Below the pieces are notes generated by a model. It was not told the DNA's origin. It did not search any database and was given only the letters and a program-made list of their open reading frames with translations. The position numbers and the translations under genes are program-made. A DNA stretch of 28,230 nucleotides from Acidaminococcaceae bacterium (lineage in GTDB: Bacteria > Bacillota > Negativicutes > Acidaminococcales > Acidaminococcaceae): the NCBI GenBank assembly GCA_028693975.1, contig JAQUUF010000001.1, forward strand, positions 1-28,230, written 5' to 3'. Shown here piece after piece: positions 8,176 to 16,648 of the stretch. Numbering within the stretch: the stretch's first letter is position 1; each line of letters starts with the position of its first letter.

Positions 8176-9531
8176 ATGACAGAAGAACGATACATTCTTG
8201 TCTATGGCGCCGGCATTAGCGGTTGCGGCGTAGCCAAAACTCTGGCTGCACGTGGCGAAAAAGTTGTGCTGTTTAACGACACAGTTAAAACAATAGAAGA
8301 AGGTTTGGTGCAAATATTAGAAAAAGCGGGCGGTACCTATAGCTGCCAAACTAGCTTTGAAGAATGGCTTCCGCGGACGAAGCTGGTCATTGTATCGCCG
8401 GGAATTACCTTTGAAAATCCCTTAACTGAGGCTGCCCGCGCTAGAGGCATTGAAGTTATTGGCGAAGTGGAAGAAGCTAGCCGATTGTATTCAGGTCATT
8501 GGATTGGTATTACAGGTACTAACGGTAAGACGACTACGACTACTCTAGTTGGCGAGATGCTGCGTAGCTTACCATGCCAGGTGCGGGTAGGCGGTAATAT
8601 AGGAGCTGCTCTTTCCTCGGAAGCTCAAGGCTTGAGTAATCAGGATTGGTTGGTAGCAGAACTGTCCAGTTTCCAGCTAGAGGGAGTAACATCTTTTAGA
8701 CCAGATATTGCTCTTATCTTGAATATTACGCCAGACCATATGGAAAGACATCATACTATGGAAAAATATACTGCGGCTAAGGCTAATATTTTCGCTCACC
8801 AAAAAGCGGAAGATATTCTTATCCTCAATTATGATAATAAGTTGACTAAGTCGCTAGCTAGTCAGGCGCATAGCCAAATATGTTTTATAAGTCGTAAGGA
8901 AATATTGTCTCAAGGTATTTTTCTCGAAAACGGTAAATTTGTGATAAAATGGAACGGCATTAGACAAGAAGTTTGTTCTGTTAGTGATATGCAGATTTTT
9001 GGTACTCACAATGAGGAAAATGCGCTAGGCGCTATCGCTTGTGCTTTCTTTGCTGGAGTAGATATTAAGGTTATGCAACAGGTGCTAAGGAGCTTTCAAG
9101 GAGTAGAGCATCGTTTGGAATATGTTACTACTATCCACGGTGTTCCTTATTACAACGATTCCAAAGCAACCAATCCCGATTCCACGATAAAAGCTTTGGA
9201 GTCTTTCCCCGGTCATGTTGTGCTCTTGGCGGGAGGCCACGATAAATTAACAGATTTGACTGAAATGATGGAGTTAATTCGCATTAAAACCGACGCCTTA
9301 ATTCTGCTAGGTGCAGCCCAGCAGAGATTCTATCAAGCTGCTCTGAAGGCTCAGATCCAGAATATTTATCTAGTGACAACGTTTCAAGAAGCAGTGGAGA
9401 AGGCCTATGAATTGGCCCATGAGCCTCAGGTGGTAGTATTGTCACCGGCTTGTTCTTCGTACGATATGTTTGACAACTTTCCCCAAAGGGGAAGAGTATT
9501 TAAAGAATTAGTGCGTAAATTGCCTCAATGA
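8176..9531 (+). CDS. murD: UDP-MurNAc-L-Ala--D-Glu ligase
   Basis: GTNGKTTT, GGNIG, ELSSFQL, NDSKATN and LSPACSSYDMF motifs. Confidence 0.97.
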   Translation: MTEERYILVYGAGISGCGVAKTLAARGEKVVLFNDTVKTIEEGLVQILEKAGGTYSCQTSFEEWLPRTKLVIVSPGITFENPLTEAARARGIEVIGEVEEASRLYSGHWIGITGTNGKTTTTTLVGEMLRSLPCQVRVGGNIGAALSSEAQGLSNQDWLVAELSSFQLEGVTSFRPDIALILNITPDHMERHHTMEKYTAAKANIFAHQKAEDILILNYDNKLTKSLASQAHSQICFISRKEILSQGIFLENGKFVIKWNGIRQEVCSVSDMQIFGTHNEENALGAIACAFFAGVDIKVMQQVLRSFQGVEHRLEYVTTIHGVPYYNDSKATNPDSTIKALESFPGHVVLLAGGHDKLTDLTEMMELIRIKTDALILLGAAQQRFYQAALKAQIQNIYLVTTFQEAVEKAYELAHEPQVVVLSPACSSYDMFDNFPQRGRVFKELVRKLPQ

Positions 9532-9548
9532 TTTAAGGGGGATTTTTT

Positions 9549-10661
9549 GTGAAGATTGTTATTTCGGGTGGCGGTACAGGCGGACATATTTATCCAGCAC
9601 TGACCATAGCTGCTCAACTGCAAAAAGTAAACCCAAAGGCAGAAATTACCTTTGTGGGTACCAAAGCAGGCTTGGAGAAAGATATTGTACCGCGTTATGG
9701 TTATCCTTTGGAATATATTTCCGTGGCGGGATTTGAGCGCAAATTTAGCTTGCAGACAATTTGTTCGGCAGGTAAATTATTGGTAGGCATGGTGCAGGCT
9801 TTTAACTTATTGCGGCGACTTAAGCCGGATTTGGTCATCGGTACCGGCGGGTATGTGTGTGGCCCTATTTTGTTTTGGGCTGCGATGCGCGGCGTACCTG
9901 CTTGCATTCAGGAGCAGAATGCTATGCCAGGTGTGACTAATAAAATCTTAGCTCGTTTTGTGGATAAGATCTTTTTGGGTTACAAAGAAGGCGCGCGTTA
10001 CTTCCCCGGTGAAGCCAAGAAAGACTATACAGGGAATCCCGTTCGCAGTGAGGTTATGTCTTGTAGTAAGGAAAAGGGCTGGGAAACTTTTGGCCTAGAC
10101 CCAGCGAAGGTGACGATTTTAGCTTTTGGTGGTAGTCGCGGTGCCAGAACAATTAATGCGGCTATGGCCCAGATGGAAACAAATATGGCTGGTCGTACAG
10201 ATGTACAGATTCTTCACGCTACCGGCAGCTTGGATTATGAGAAATATATGGCGGCCTTGGATGAGAGAGTCAAGACGGCGGAGAATATCAAAATTCTCCC
10301 TTATATTCATGCTATGCCAGCAGCACTAGCTGTGGCAGATTTGGCAGTATCTCGTGCAGGAGCCATTGGCTTGGCCGAGCTGATGGTTAAGGGAGTACCG
10401 TCAATTCTGATACCTTATCCCTATGCCACGGCCAATCATCAAGAGTTTAATGCTAGAGCTCTGGAGAATGTGGGGGCGGCCAAGGTGATTTTGAATAAAG
10501 ATTTAACTGGTGTCAAATTACAGGAGACTATAGAAAATCTTCTATTGCACAAAGATGAAATGACGGCCATGCATCAGGCGGCAGTCAAGGCAGGGATGCC
10601 GCAAGCTGCGGCTGATATTGCGGCCAAGGCCTTAGAACTAGTAGAGAAAAAGGGGAAATAA
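9549..10661 (+). CDS. murG: Lipid I N-acetylglucosamine transferase
   Basis: GGGTGGHIYP, GTGGYV, QEQN, FGGSRGA and HQEFNA motifs. GTG start. Confidence 0.97.
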   Translation: MKIVISGGGTGGHIYPALTIAAQLQKVNPKAEITFVGTKAGLEKDIVPRYGYPLEYISVAGFERKFSLQTICSAGKLLVGMVQAFNLLRRLKPDLVIGTGGYVCGPILFWAAMRGVPACIQEQNAMPGVTNKILARFVDKIFLGYKEGARYFPGEAKKDYTGNPVRSEVMSCSKEKGWETFGLDPAKVTILAFGGSRGARTINAAMAQMETNMAGRTDVQILHATGSLDYEKYMAALDERVKTAENIKILPYIHAMPAALAVADLAVSRAGAIGLAELMVKGVPSILIPYPYATANHQEFNARALENVGAAKVILNKDLTGVKLQETIENLLLHKDEMTAMHQAAVKAGMPQAAADIAAKALELVEKKGK

Positions 10662-10664
10662 AAG

Positions 10665-12974
10665 ATGTTGGACCAAATTAAGAATATACATTTCATCGGC
10701 ATTGGTGGCGTGGGCATGAGTGCATTGGCCTATGTCCTGATCAAGAGAGGCTACCATGTGACTGGTTCTGATGCCAAGGCAGGTTATATGGCCAATAAGT
10801 TAGCTGACGAGGGAGCGGTGGTCTTCATAGGTCATGCTGCTTGCCAGGTAGAAGGTGCTGAAGCCGTAGTAATCTCTACAGCTATCAGCCAGGATAATCC
10901 TGAATTAGTGGAAGCCAAAAAACGTCAGATTCCCATCTTACATCGCAGTGATGTATTGGCTTATTTGATTAATAAGAATAAAGGTATTGCAGTAGCCGGT
11001 GCCCACGGCAAGACTACAACTAGCTCTATGTTGGCCTGTATTTGCAGTGCAGCTCAGCTAGATCCTACAGTTGTTGTAGGCGGGCTAGTGAAGAATTTGG
11101 GAGGCAATGCTCTTAATGGACAAGGTGACCTAGTAGTGGCTGAGGCTGATGAGAGCGATGGTTCTTTTTTGAAGTTCCATCCGTTCATCGAGGTTATTAC
11201 TAATATCGAAAATGACCATTTGGACCATTACGGCAGTGAGGAAAAAATCCAAGAAGCTTTTGCAGAATTTACTCGTAATATGAAAGATGGCGGCAGTGTA
11301 GTGCTGTGTTTTGATAACGCCAAAGTTCGCTCTTTGGTCAAAAACAAAGAGAAACATGTAATTACTTATGGTATCGATTGTCCTACGGCAGATTATGTAG
11401 CCAAACACATTGATTATCAAGCCAATGGTACTTTGTTTGATGTATATTATAAAGACGAATTCTTAGCTCAGGCCAGGCTGCAGATTCCAGGCAAACATAA
11501 TGTTCTTAATGCCTTGGGTGCTATCGCTGCCTCCAGAATATTGGGTATTGAATTGGCAAGCATTTTACAAACGCTGTCTATTTTTACCGGTGCCGCAAGA
11601 CGTTTCGAAACCAAAGGTAAGATTAATGGTATCTGGGTAGTGGATGATTATGCACATCATCCCACAGAAATTAAAGCAACTTTGGTAGCAGCCAAGCAAA
11701 CCAAACCGCAAAGATTAATTTGTGCGTTTCAACCTCATAGATATACCAGAACGCAATTGTTAATAGATGAATTTAGTAATGCTTTTGTAGAGTGCGATGA
11801 ACTTATTTTGGCCGATATTTATGCAGCTAGCGAAACACCATTACCAGGAATTACCAGCGATTATTTGGCTCAAAAAATACATGAGAAAACAGGCCAACAG
11901 GTACGAGTTATCCATAGTATAGATGATATTGTGATCTATCTTGAACAAGAGGCTCAGGCAGGAGATTTGATTATTACGATGGGTGCCGGTGATATTTATC
12001 TGGCTGGTGATAGATTGGTAAAAAAGTTAAATGGGAGAGAAAAAATGACTAAAGAACGTATCGCAGTAGTAATGGGAGGACCTTCTAAGGAAGCAGAAAT
12101 TTCTATGTTGACAGGCAATGCTATTTTGACCGCATTACTTGAAAAAGGCTATGATGCTGTTGCCTTGGAGTTAAACCCAGAACATTTTGTAGAAGAACTA
12201 CGCGCTACCGGTGCTACTATGGTATTTAATGCAGTCCATGGTCTCTATGGTGAAGATGGCCGCTTGCAAAGTGTGCTAGAAATGCTGAATATGCCTTATA
12301 CAGGTTCAGGGGTTTTGGCTAGTGCGCTTTCTATGGATAAGGTCTATACCAAGAGAATTTTTAGTGAAGAAAATGTTTCTACAGCTAGGTACATGGTTGT
12401 CAACAAACGCGACCAAGCTACGGCGGTAGAGCAGATCCTGGCTCAGTTTACGCTTCCTTTGGTGGTCAAAGCATCTTCCCAAGGTTCAAGTATTGGTGTG
12501 GAGATAGTGAAAGAAGCAGAAGCTTTGCCTCATGCTCTAGAAGATGCCTTCTCCTATGGCGATGAAATTCTGATTGAGGAATATATCAAAGGCAAGGAAG
12601 CTACAGTTGTAGTTATGATGACTAAGGATGGTCCTCAGGCTTTACCGGTTATTCAAATAGTACCTCATTCCGGTGCTTATGATTTTAAATCTAAATATAC
12701 CAAGGGTGCTACGGATTATTTGGTACCGGCTCCTTTTGACGAAGCTACCACCAAAGCTACTCAGGCAGTGGGTGTGGCAGCGTATAAGGCTCTCGGCTGT
12801 AATGGAGTTGCTCGTACAGATGTGATGCTAGATGAACATAATGTTCCTTATGCCCTAGAAGTTAATTCCGTGCCGGGTATGACAGCTACTTCTCTTGTAC
12901 CTAAGGCAGCGGCTGCAGTGGGAATCAGCTTCCCTGATTTGTGTGCGATGATAGTGGAATCTGTAAAAAAATAA
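10665..12974 (+). CDS. murC-ddl: In-frame fusion of MurC (about aa 1-455) and D-Ala-D-Ala ligase Ddl (from Met461)
   Basis: MurC motifs GIGGVGMS, GAHGKTTTS, EADESDG, DDYAHHPTEI, FQPHRYTRT. Ddl motifs GGPSKEAEIS, HGLYGEDG, QGSSIGV, YDFKSKY, EVNSVPG. No stop between the two parts. Confidence 0.9.
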   Translation: MLDQIKNIHFIGIGGVGMSALAYVLIKRGYHVTGSDAKAGYMANKLADEGAVVFIGHAACQVEGAEAVVISTAISQDNPELVEAKKRQIPILHRSDVLAYLINKNKGIAVAGAHGKTTTSSMLACICSAAQLDPTVVVGGLVKNLGGNALNGQGDLVVAEADESDGSFLKFHPFIEVITNIENDHLDHYGSEEKIQEAFAEFTRNMKDGGSVVLCFDNAKVRSLVKNKEKHVITYGIDCPTADYVAKHIDYQANGTLFDVYYKDEFLAQARLQIPGKHNVLNALGAIAASRILGIELASILQTLSIFTGAARRFETKGKINGIWVVDDYAHHPTEIKATLVAAKQTKPQRLICAFQPHRYTRTQLLIDEFSNAFVECDELILADIYAASETPLPGITSDYLAQKIHEKTGQQVRVIHSIDDIVIYLEQEAQAGDLIITMGAGDIYLAGDRLVKKLNGREKMTKERIAVVMGGPSKEAEISMLTGNAILTALLEKGYDAVALELNPEHFVEELRATGATMVFNAVHGLYGEDGRLQSVLEMLNMPYTGSGVLASALSMDKVYTKRIFSEENVSTARYMVVNKRDQATAVEQILAQFTLPLVVKASSQGSSIGVEIVKEAEALPHALEDAFSYGDEILIEEYIKGKEATVVVMMTKDGPQALPVIQIVPHSGAYDFKSKYTKGATDYLVPAPFDEATTKATQAVGVAAYKALGCNGVARTDVMLDEHNVPYALEVNSVPGMTATSLVPKAAAAVGISFPDLCAMIVESVKK

Positions 12975-12989
12975 TGGAGGTGGGGTCCG

Positions 12990-13748
12990 GTGGCAATCAA
13001 GCAGGAACTTACGCATCGACTTACTGACAGATGCAAAGACAACCGGACTAGAACTATCTTTTATGTTCTTTGTTTTGTAGTGCTATTTTTGGCAGGATAC
13101 TTTTTGGTACACCGTCCTTGGTTCGCCTTCGGCCGCATTGCCGTAGAAGGTGGTAAAGCTTTGACGGTAGAAGATGTTGTCAGTGTAGCAGGTATCCAAC
13201 AGCCAATTAATTTATTTACGGTAGACAGAGCCAAACTAGAGCATGTACTTAGCCATGACTTAAGAGTAGAAAAAGTGACAACCAAGTATGCTTGGCCCAA
13301 TATTCTAGAGGTAATTATTACTGATAGACGCCCTGCTGGTTACTTTGTCTGTGCCTATGGTGGTTTCGCCAAAGTAGATTACAATGGTTTGGTGCTATCA
13401 GTAGGTAAGGGCATCAAAGACGCGTCTGCACCATTTGTGGAGGGCTATGAGCTGGGAAACGTTTATAGTGGTGATAAGATTGCGGACGAGGATGTGCTAC
13501 AGCTATTGCAGTTTCTCAGCAAATTGGATCAGGCTATTACCGCTGAGATAGTAGAAATAGTATTAGACAAAGATGCCAATATAGAGGTGGTTCTTTCTTC
13601 CGGATTGCCAATCAAACTGGGTAAAGCCGTAAATATTGAATCTAAGCGAGATACATTTGTAACTGTATGTAATGAATTAAAAACTAAGAAAATTAATGCT
13701 CAATATATTGATTTGAGTTTTAACAAACCTTTTGTCAAAGTTAATTAA
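12990..13748 (+). CDS. ftsQ: Cell division protein FtsQ/DivIB
   Basis: Single TM, POTRA-like segment (IAVEGG...WPNILEVIITDRRP) and C-terminal YIDLS. GTG start after SD GGAGGT. Syntenic position. Confidence 0.85.
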   Translation: MAIKQELTHRLTDRCKDNRTRTIFYVLCFVVLFLAGYFLVHRPWFAFGRIAVEGGKALTVEDVVSVAGIQQPINLFTVDRAKLEHVLSHDLRVEKVTTKYAWPNILEVIITDRRPAGYFVCAYGGFAKVDYNGLVLSVGKGIKDASAPFVEGYELGNVYSGDKIADEDVLQLLQFLSKLDQAITAEIVEIVLDKDANIEVVLSSGLPIKLGKAVNIESKRDTFVTVCNELKTKKINAQYIDLSFNKPFVKVN

Positions 13749-13761
13749 AGGAGGGCCTGTA

Positions 13762-14457
13762 ATGGGTAAATACAAGAAGCCAGCCAATATTTTGCTTTTT
13801 GTGGTCTGCGTTATTTTGGGTATTATGCTGGCAACCCAATTCAAAAGCGCGGAACAGGCTCGTTCAACTCTGTCACAACAGAGAGCAGAGGATTTGGTTG
13901 ACCGTCTGAAAGAGGCTGAAAAAGAAAAGAAAGCTCTGGCTGAAGAATTAAAAAAGCTTCAGTCTGAGAGTACAGTAGATATTAGTGCGCAAGAGAGAAT
14001 AGCTCTCAAATCTAAAGCTGGTGAAGTGGCGCTGGTTGGTCCTGGTGTGAAAGTAACTGTGGACGATAGTAAAGTGGTAGCTAAGCCGGGCGATAATGCT
14101 AATCTCTATATCATACATGATGATGATTTGTTGCGTTTGATTAACGAGCTCAGAGCAGCTGGCGCCGAGGCTATTTCTATTAATGACCAAAGACTCCTAG
14201 ATGTTTCGGAGATACGTTGTGCAGGTCCAACTGTTTCTGTTAATAATAATCGCTTCACACCACCTTATGTTATCGCAGCTATTGGTGACCCCAAGACACT
14301 TGAGAGTGCTTTGAGGCTCCGCGGCGGCGTAGTGGATACTCTGAAATTCTGGGGTATTACAGTGAATGTCGAAAAAGGTGAAGCTATAACCGTACCTGCT
14401 TATAAGGGAACACGGCATTTTGAGTATGCCAAAGTAAAGGACGGTGACAAACAATGA
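13762..14457 (+). CDS. DUF881 family protein (YlxW/YlxX-like)
   Basis: N-terminal TM, coiled coil, GPGVKVTVDD, IHDDDL...NELRAAGAEAISINDQR, PPYVIAAIGDP. SD AAGGAGG precedes ATG 13762. Confidence 0.9.
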   Translation: MGKYKKPANILLFVVCVILGIMLATQFKSAEQARSTLSQQRAEDLVDRLKEAEKEKKALAEELKKLQSESTVDISAQERIALKSKAGEVALVGPGVKVTVDDSKVVAKPGDNANLYIIHDDDLLRLINELRAAGAEAISINDQRLLDVSEIRCAGPTVSVNNNRFTPPYVIAAIGDPKTLESALRLRGGVVDTLKFWGITVNVEKGEAITVPAYKGTRHFEYAKVKDGDKQ

Positions 14458-14780
14458 TTTATTTAGTAATCGGTGTTGCCGCTGGTGTTTTGATTGGTAT
14501 GCAATTGCCTAATGTACCGCCGGAATATATCAAATTATTGTCTGTAGCGTTGATGGCGGCCTTAGATGCTGCACTAGGTGGCATCAGAGCTGCCAAAGAA
14601 GATGTTTTTGACAGCGAGATTTTTATTTCTGGCTTTTTTGTTAATGCCATTATGGCTGTTTTCATTTGTTTTATGGGTATGAAACTAGGTATCGACTTGT
14701 ATCTGGTAGCTATTCTGGCCTTTGGCCTGCGAATGTTTACCAATATTGCCATTATCCGACGTTTGTACTTAAAAAAGTAG
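14454..14780 (+). CDS. sbp: DUF1290 / small basic protein Sbp-like membrane protein
   Basis: LLSVALMAALDAALGGIRA...FISGFFVNA...FGLRMFTNIAIIRR pattern. ATGA overlap with DUF881. Confidence 0.8.
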   Translation: MIYLVIGVAAGVLIGMQLPNVPPEYIKLLSVALMAALDAALGGIRAAKEDVFDSEIFISGFFVNAIMAVFICFMGMKLGIDLYLVAILAFGLRMFTNIAIIRRLYLKK

Positions 14781-14806
14781 AAAATACAAGAAAATACAAG
14801 AAAAAA
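14771..14806 (+). repeat. 10-bp periodic A-tract array including a perfect AAAATACAAG x2 tandem
   Basis: AAAAAAGTAG | AAAATACAAG | AAAATACAAG | AAAAAAGTGT. Confidence 0.8.
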
Positions 14807-14809
14807 GTG

Positions 14810-14837
14810 TGTACAACTTGCCCGAGAATGATATAAT
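14810..14837 (+). promoter_or_regulatory. Candidate internal promoter for ftsZ
   Basis: TGTACA (14810-14815), 16-bp spacer, and extended -10 TGaTATAAT (14829-14837). A second TATAAT lies at 14848-14853. Confidence 0.55.
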
Positions 14838-14906
14838 ATAGTATGTATATAATATTGAGGCATATTAAGGTGGGATTATACACTTTAGTTAGGGAGGAGC
14901 ATAAAA

Positions 14907-16013
14907 ATGTTCGATGTGGAAAACAACACTGAGCAATCATTAGCTAAGATTAAAGTCGTGGGCGTCGGCGGTGGCGGTAATAACGCTGTCAATCGCATGA
15001 TCGCAGCAGGACTAAAAGGGGTGGAATTCATTGCAGTTAACTGTGATGCACAAGCTTTACTTTTGTCCAAGGCTCCTAATCGTATTCAAATAGGTGAGGA
15101 ATTAACTAGAGGTCTCGGTGCCGGCGCTAATCCCGAAATTGGTGAAAGTGCAGCGGAGGAATCTCGTGATCAAATTACCGAAGCTTTAAAAGGTTCTGAT
15201 ATGGTATTCGTTACTTGCGGTATGGGTGGTGGCACTGGTACAGGTGCAGCTTCTATTATTGCTGAATGCGCTAAACAGATAGGTGCTTTGACTGTTGGTG
15301 TAGTAACCAAACCATTTACTTTTGAAGGACGCAAACGTTATAATCAAGCAGAGCATGGTATTGCTAATTTAAAAGCTAAGGTTGATGCCTTGATTACTGT
15401 TCCTAATGATAGATTATTACAAGTTGTTGACAGAAGAACTTCTATGTTAGAAGCTTTCCAAGTGGCTGATGATGTTTTGCGCCAAGGCGTTCAGGGTATT
15501 ACTGATTTGATCGGTGTTCCAGGACTTATCAATGCCGACTTTAATGATGTGAAAACGGTGATGACTAATTCTGGTAGTGCTTTGATGGGTATTGGTATAG
15601 CCAAAGGTGACGGCAGCGCCGCAGCTGCTGCAGAAGCAGCTATTAAGAGTCCTTTGCTGGAGAGTACAATTGATGGAGCACACGGAGCTCTGTTCAATAT
15701 TACCGGTGGTCCTAATCTGACCTTGTCAGACGTCAATGAGGCAGCGTCAATTGTGTCTGATGCTGTTGACCCAGATGCAACGGTTATTTTCGGTGCTACT
15801 ATTGACGAGAATATGGAAGACGAAATTCGCATTACTGTTATAGCGACCGGTATCGATGGTGGCAAGAGTCCATCCGCTCCTTCAGCACCTTCTTTTATTG
15901 GCAAACCGAAATCTTTTGTTGAAACCAAGAAGGATGAACAAACTCTTAAGACAGGGATGAGAGGGTTTAGTGCTCCTACTACCGAGATTCCACCTTGGAT
16001 TAAAAGTAAATAA
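14907..16013 (+). CDS. ftsZ: Cell division protein FtsZ
   Basis: [17 protein letters not shown], tubulin signature [23 protein letters not shown] and C-terminal EIPPW. Confidence 0.99.
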   Translation: MFDVENNTEQSLAKIKVVGVGGGGNNAVNRMIAAGLKGVEFIAVNCDAQALLLSKAPNRIQIGEELTRGLGAGANPEIGESAAEESRDQITEALKGSDMVFVTCGMGGGTGTGAASIIAECAKQIGALTVGVVTKPFTFEGRKRYNQAEHGIANLKAKVDALITVPNDRLLQVVDRRTSMLEAFQVADDVLRQGVQGITDLIGVPGLINADFNDVKTVMTNSGSALMGIGIAKGDGSAAAAAEAAIKSPLLESTIDGAHGALFNITGGPNLTLSDVNEAASIVSDAVDPDATVIFGATIDENMEDEIRITVIATGIDGGKSPSAPSAPSFIGKPKSFVETKKDEQTLKTGMRGFSAPTTEIPPWIKSK

Positions 16014-16028
16014 TTGAGGAAAACTTAT

Positions 16029-16059
16029 AAGCCGCAACCGATTAGTGGTTGCGGCTTTT
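16029..16059 (+). terminator. Intrinsic terminator after ftsZ
   Basis: AAGCCGCAACC (16029-16039) / GGTTGCGGCTT (16047-16057), with a T4 tract at 16056-16059. Confidence 0.8.
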
Positions 16060-16105
16060 GCTATATCTTGTAGTCAAATGTAATAGTGGACGCAAGATAT
16101 TGCTT
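16058..16105 (+). promoter_or_regulatory. Tandem NrdR boxes
   Basis: ttgCTATATCTTGtag (16058-16073) and acgCAAGATATTGctt (16090-16105). Cores each match CwAtATaTwG at 9/10 and start 32 bp apart. Confidence 0.85.
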
Positions 16106-16115
16106 GTGATATAAT
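16087..16115 (+). promoter_or_regulatory. Sigma-A promoter of nrdR-nrdD-nrdG
   Basis: TGGACG (16087-16092), 17-bp spacer, and TGaTATAAT (16107-16115). Confidence 0.75.
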
Positions 16116-16156
16116 TTCACTATTAGATATTATAGAAGGAAAGAGGTTGGTTACAA

Positions 16157-16636
16157 ATGAAATGTCCTTTTTGCTCATATGGCGATAGTCGTGTGGTTGA
16201 TTCGCGCTCTATTGATGGTGGTACCTCCATCAGGAGAAGAAGAGAGTGCCCGGAATGTGGGCGTAGATTTACCACATATGAGAAGTATGAGGAAACACCT
16301 TTGTTAGTAACCAAAAAAGATGGGCGCAGAGAATTGTTTGATTCCCAAAAGTTACTGAATGGTCTGATTAAGGCTTTTGAAAAACGGCCTGTTTCCTATG
16401 AGAAAATTCAAGAGATGGCCAATGTCATCGAGCGTGAATTGCGAACGCTAGGTGAGGCTGAAATCACTAGCGAGGTTATTGGTGAGACTGTTATGAAGCA
16501 TCTGGAGAAGGTGGATCAGATTGCCTATGTACGTTTTGCTTCGGTGTACCGTCAGTTTGCCGATGTTAATAATTTTATGCAAGAGATTCAGAAAATGATG
16601 AAACGTGAGAAAAAAGAAATTAAAGAACAAGAGTAG
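16157..16636 (+). CDS. nrdR: Transcriptional repressor NrdR
   Basis: MKCPFC...DSR...[18 protein letters not shown] Zn ribbon, ATP cone, [12 protein letters not shown]. Confidence 0.98.
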   Translation: MKCPFCSYGDSRVVDSRSIDGGTSIRRRRECPECGRRFTTYEKYEETPLLVTKKDGRRELFDSQKLLNGLIKAFEKRPVSYEKIQEMANVIERELRTLGEAEITSEVIGETVMKHLEKVDQIAYVRFASVYRQFADVNNFMQEIQKMMKREKKEIKEQE

Positions 16637-16648
16637 GAGTGAGTACCT

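Noticed and set aside
12680-12702. Ddl as a D-Ala-D-lactate (vancomycin-resistance type) ligase
   Set aside because: The omega loop YDFKSKY retains the Tyr typical of D-Ala-D-Ala ligases, and there is no van gene context.
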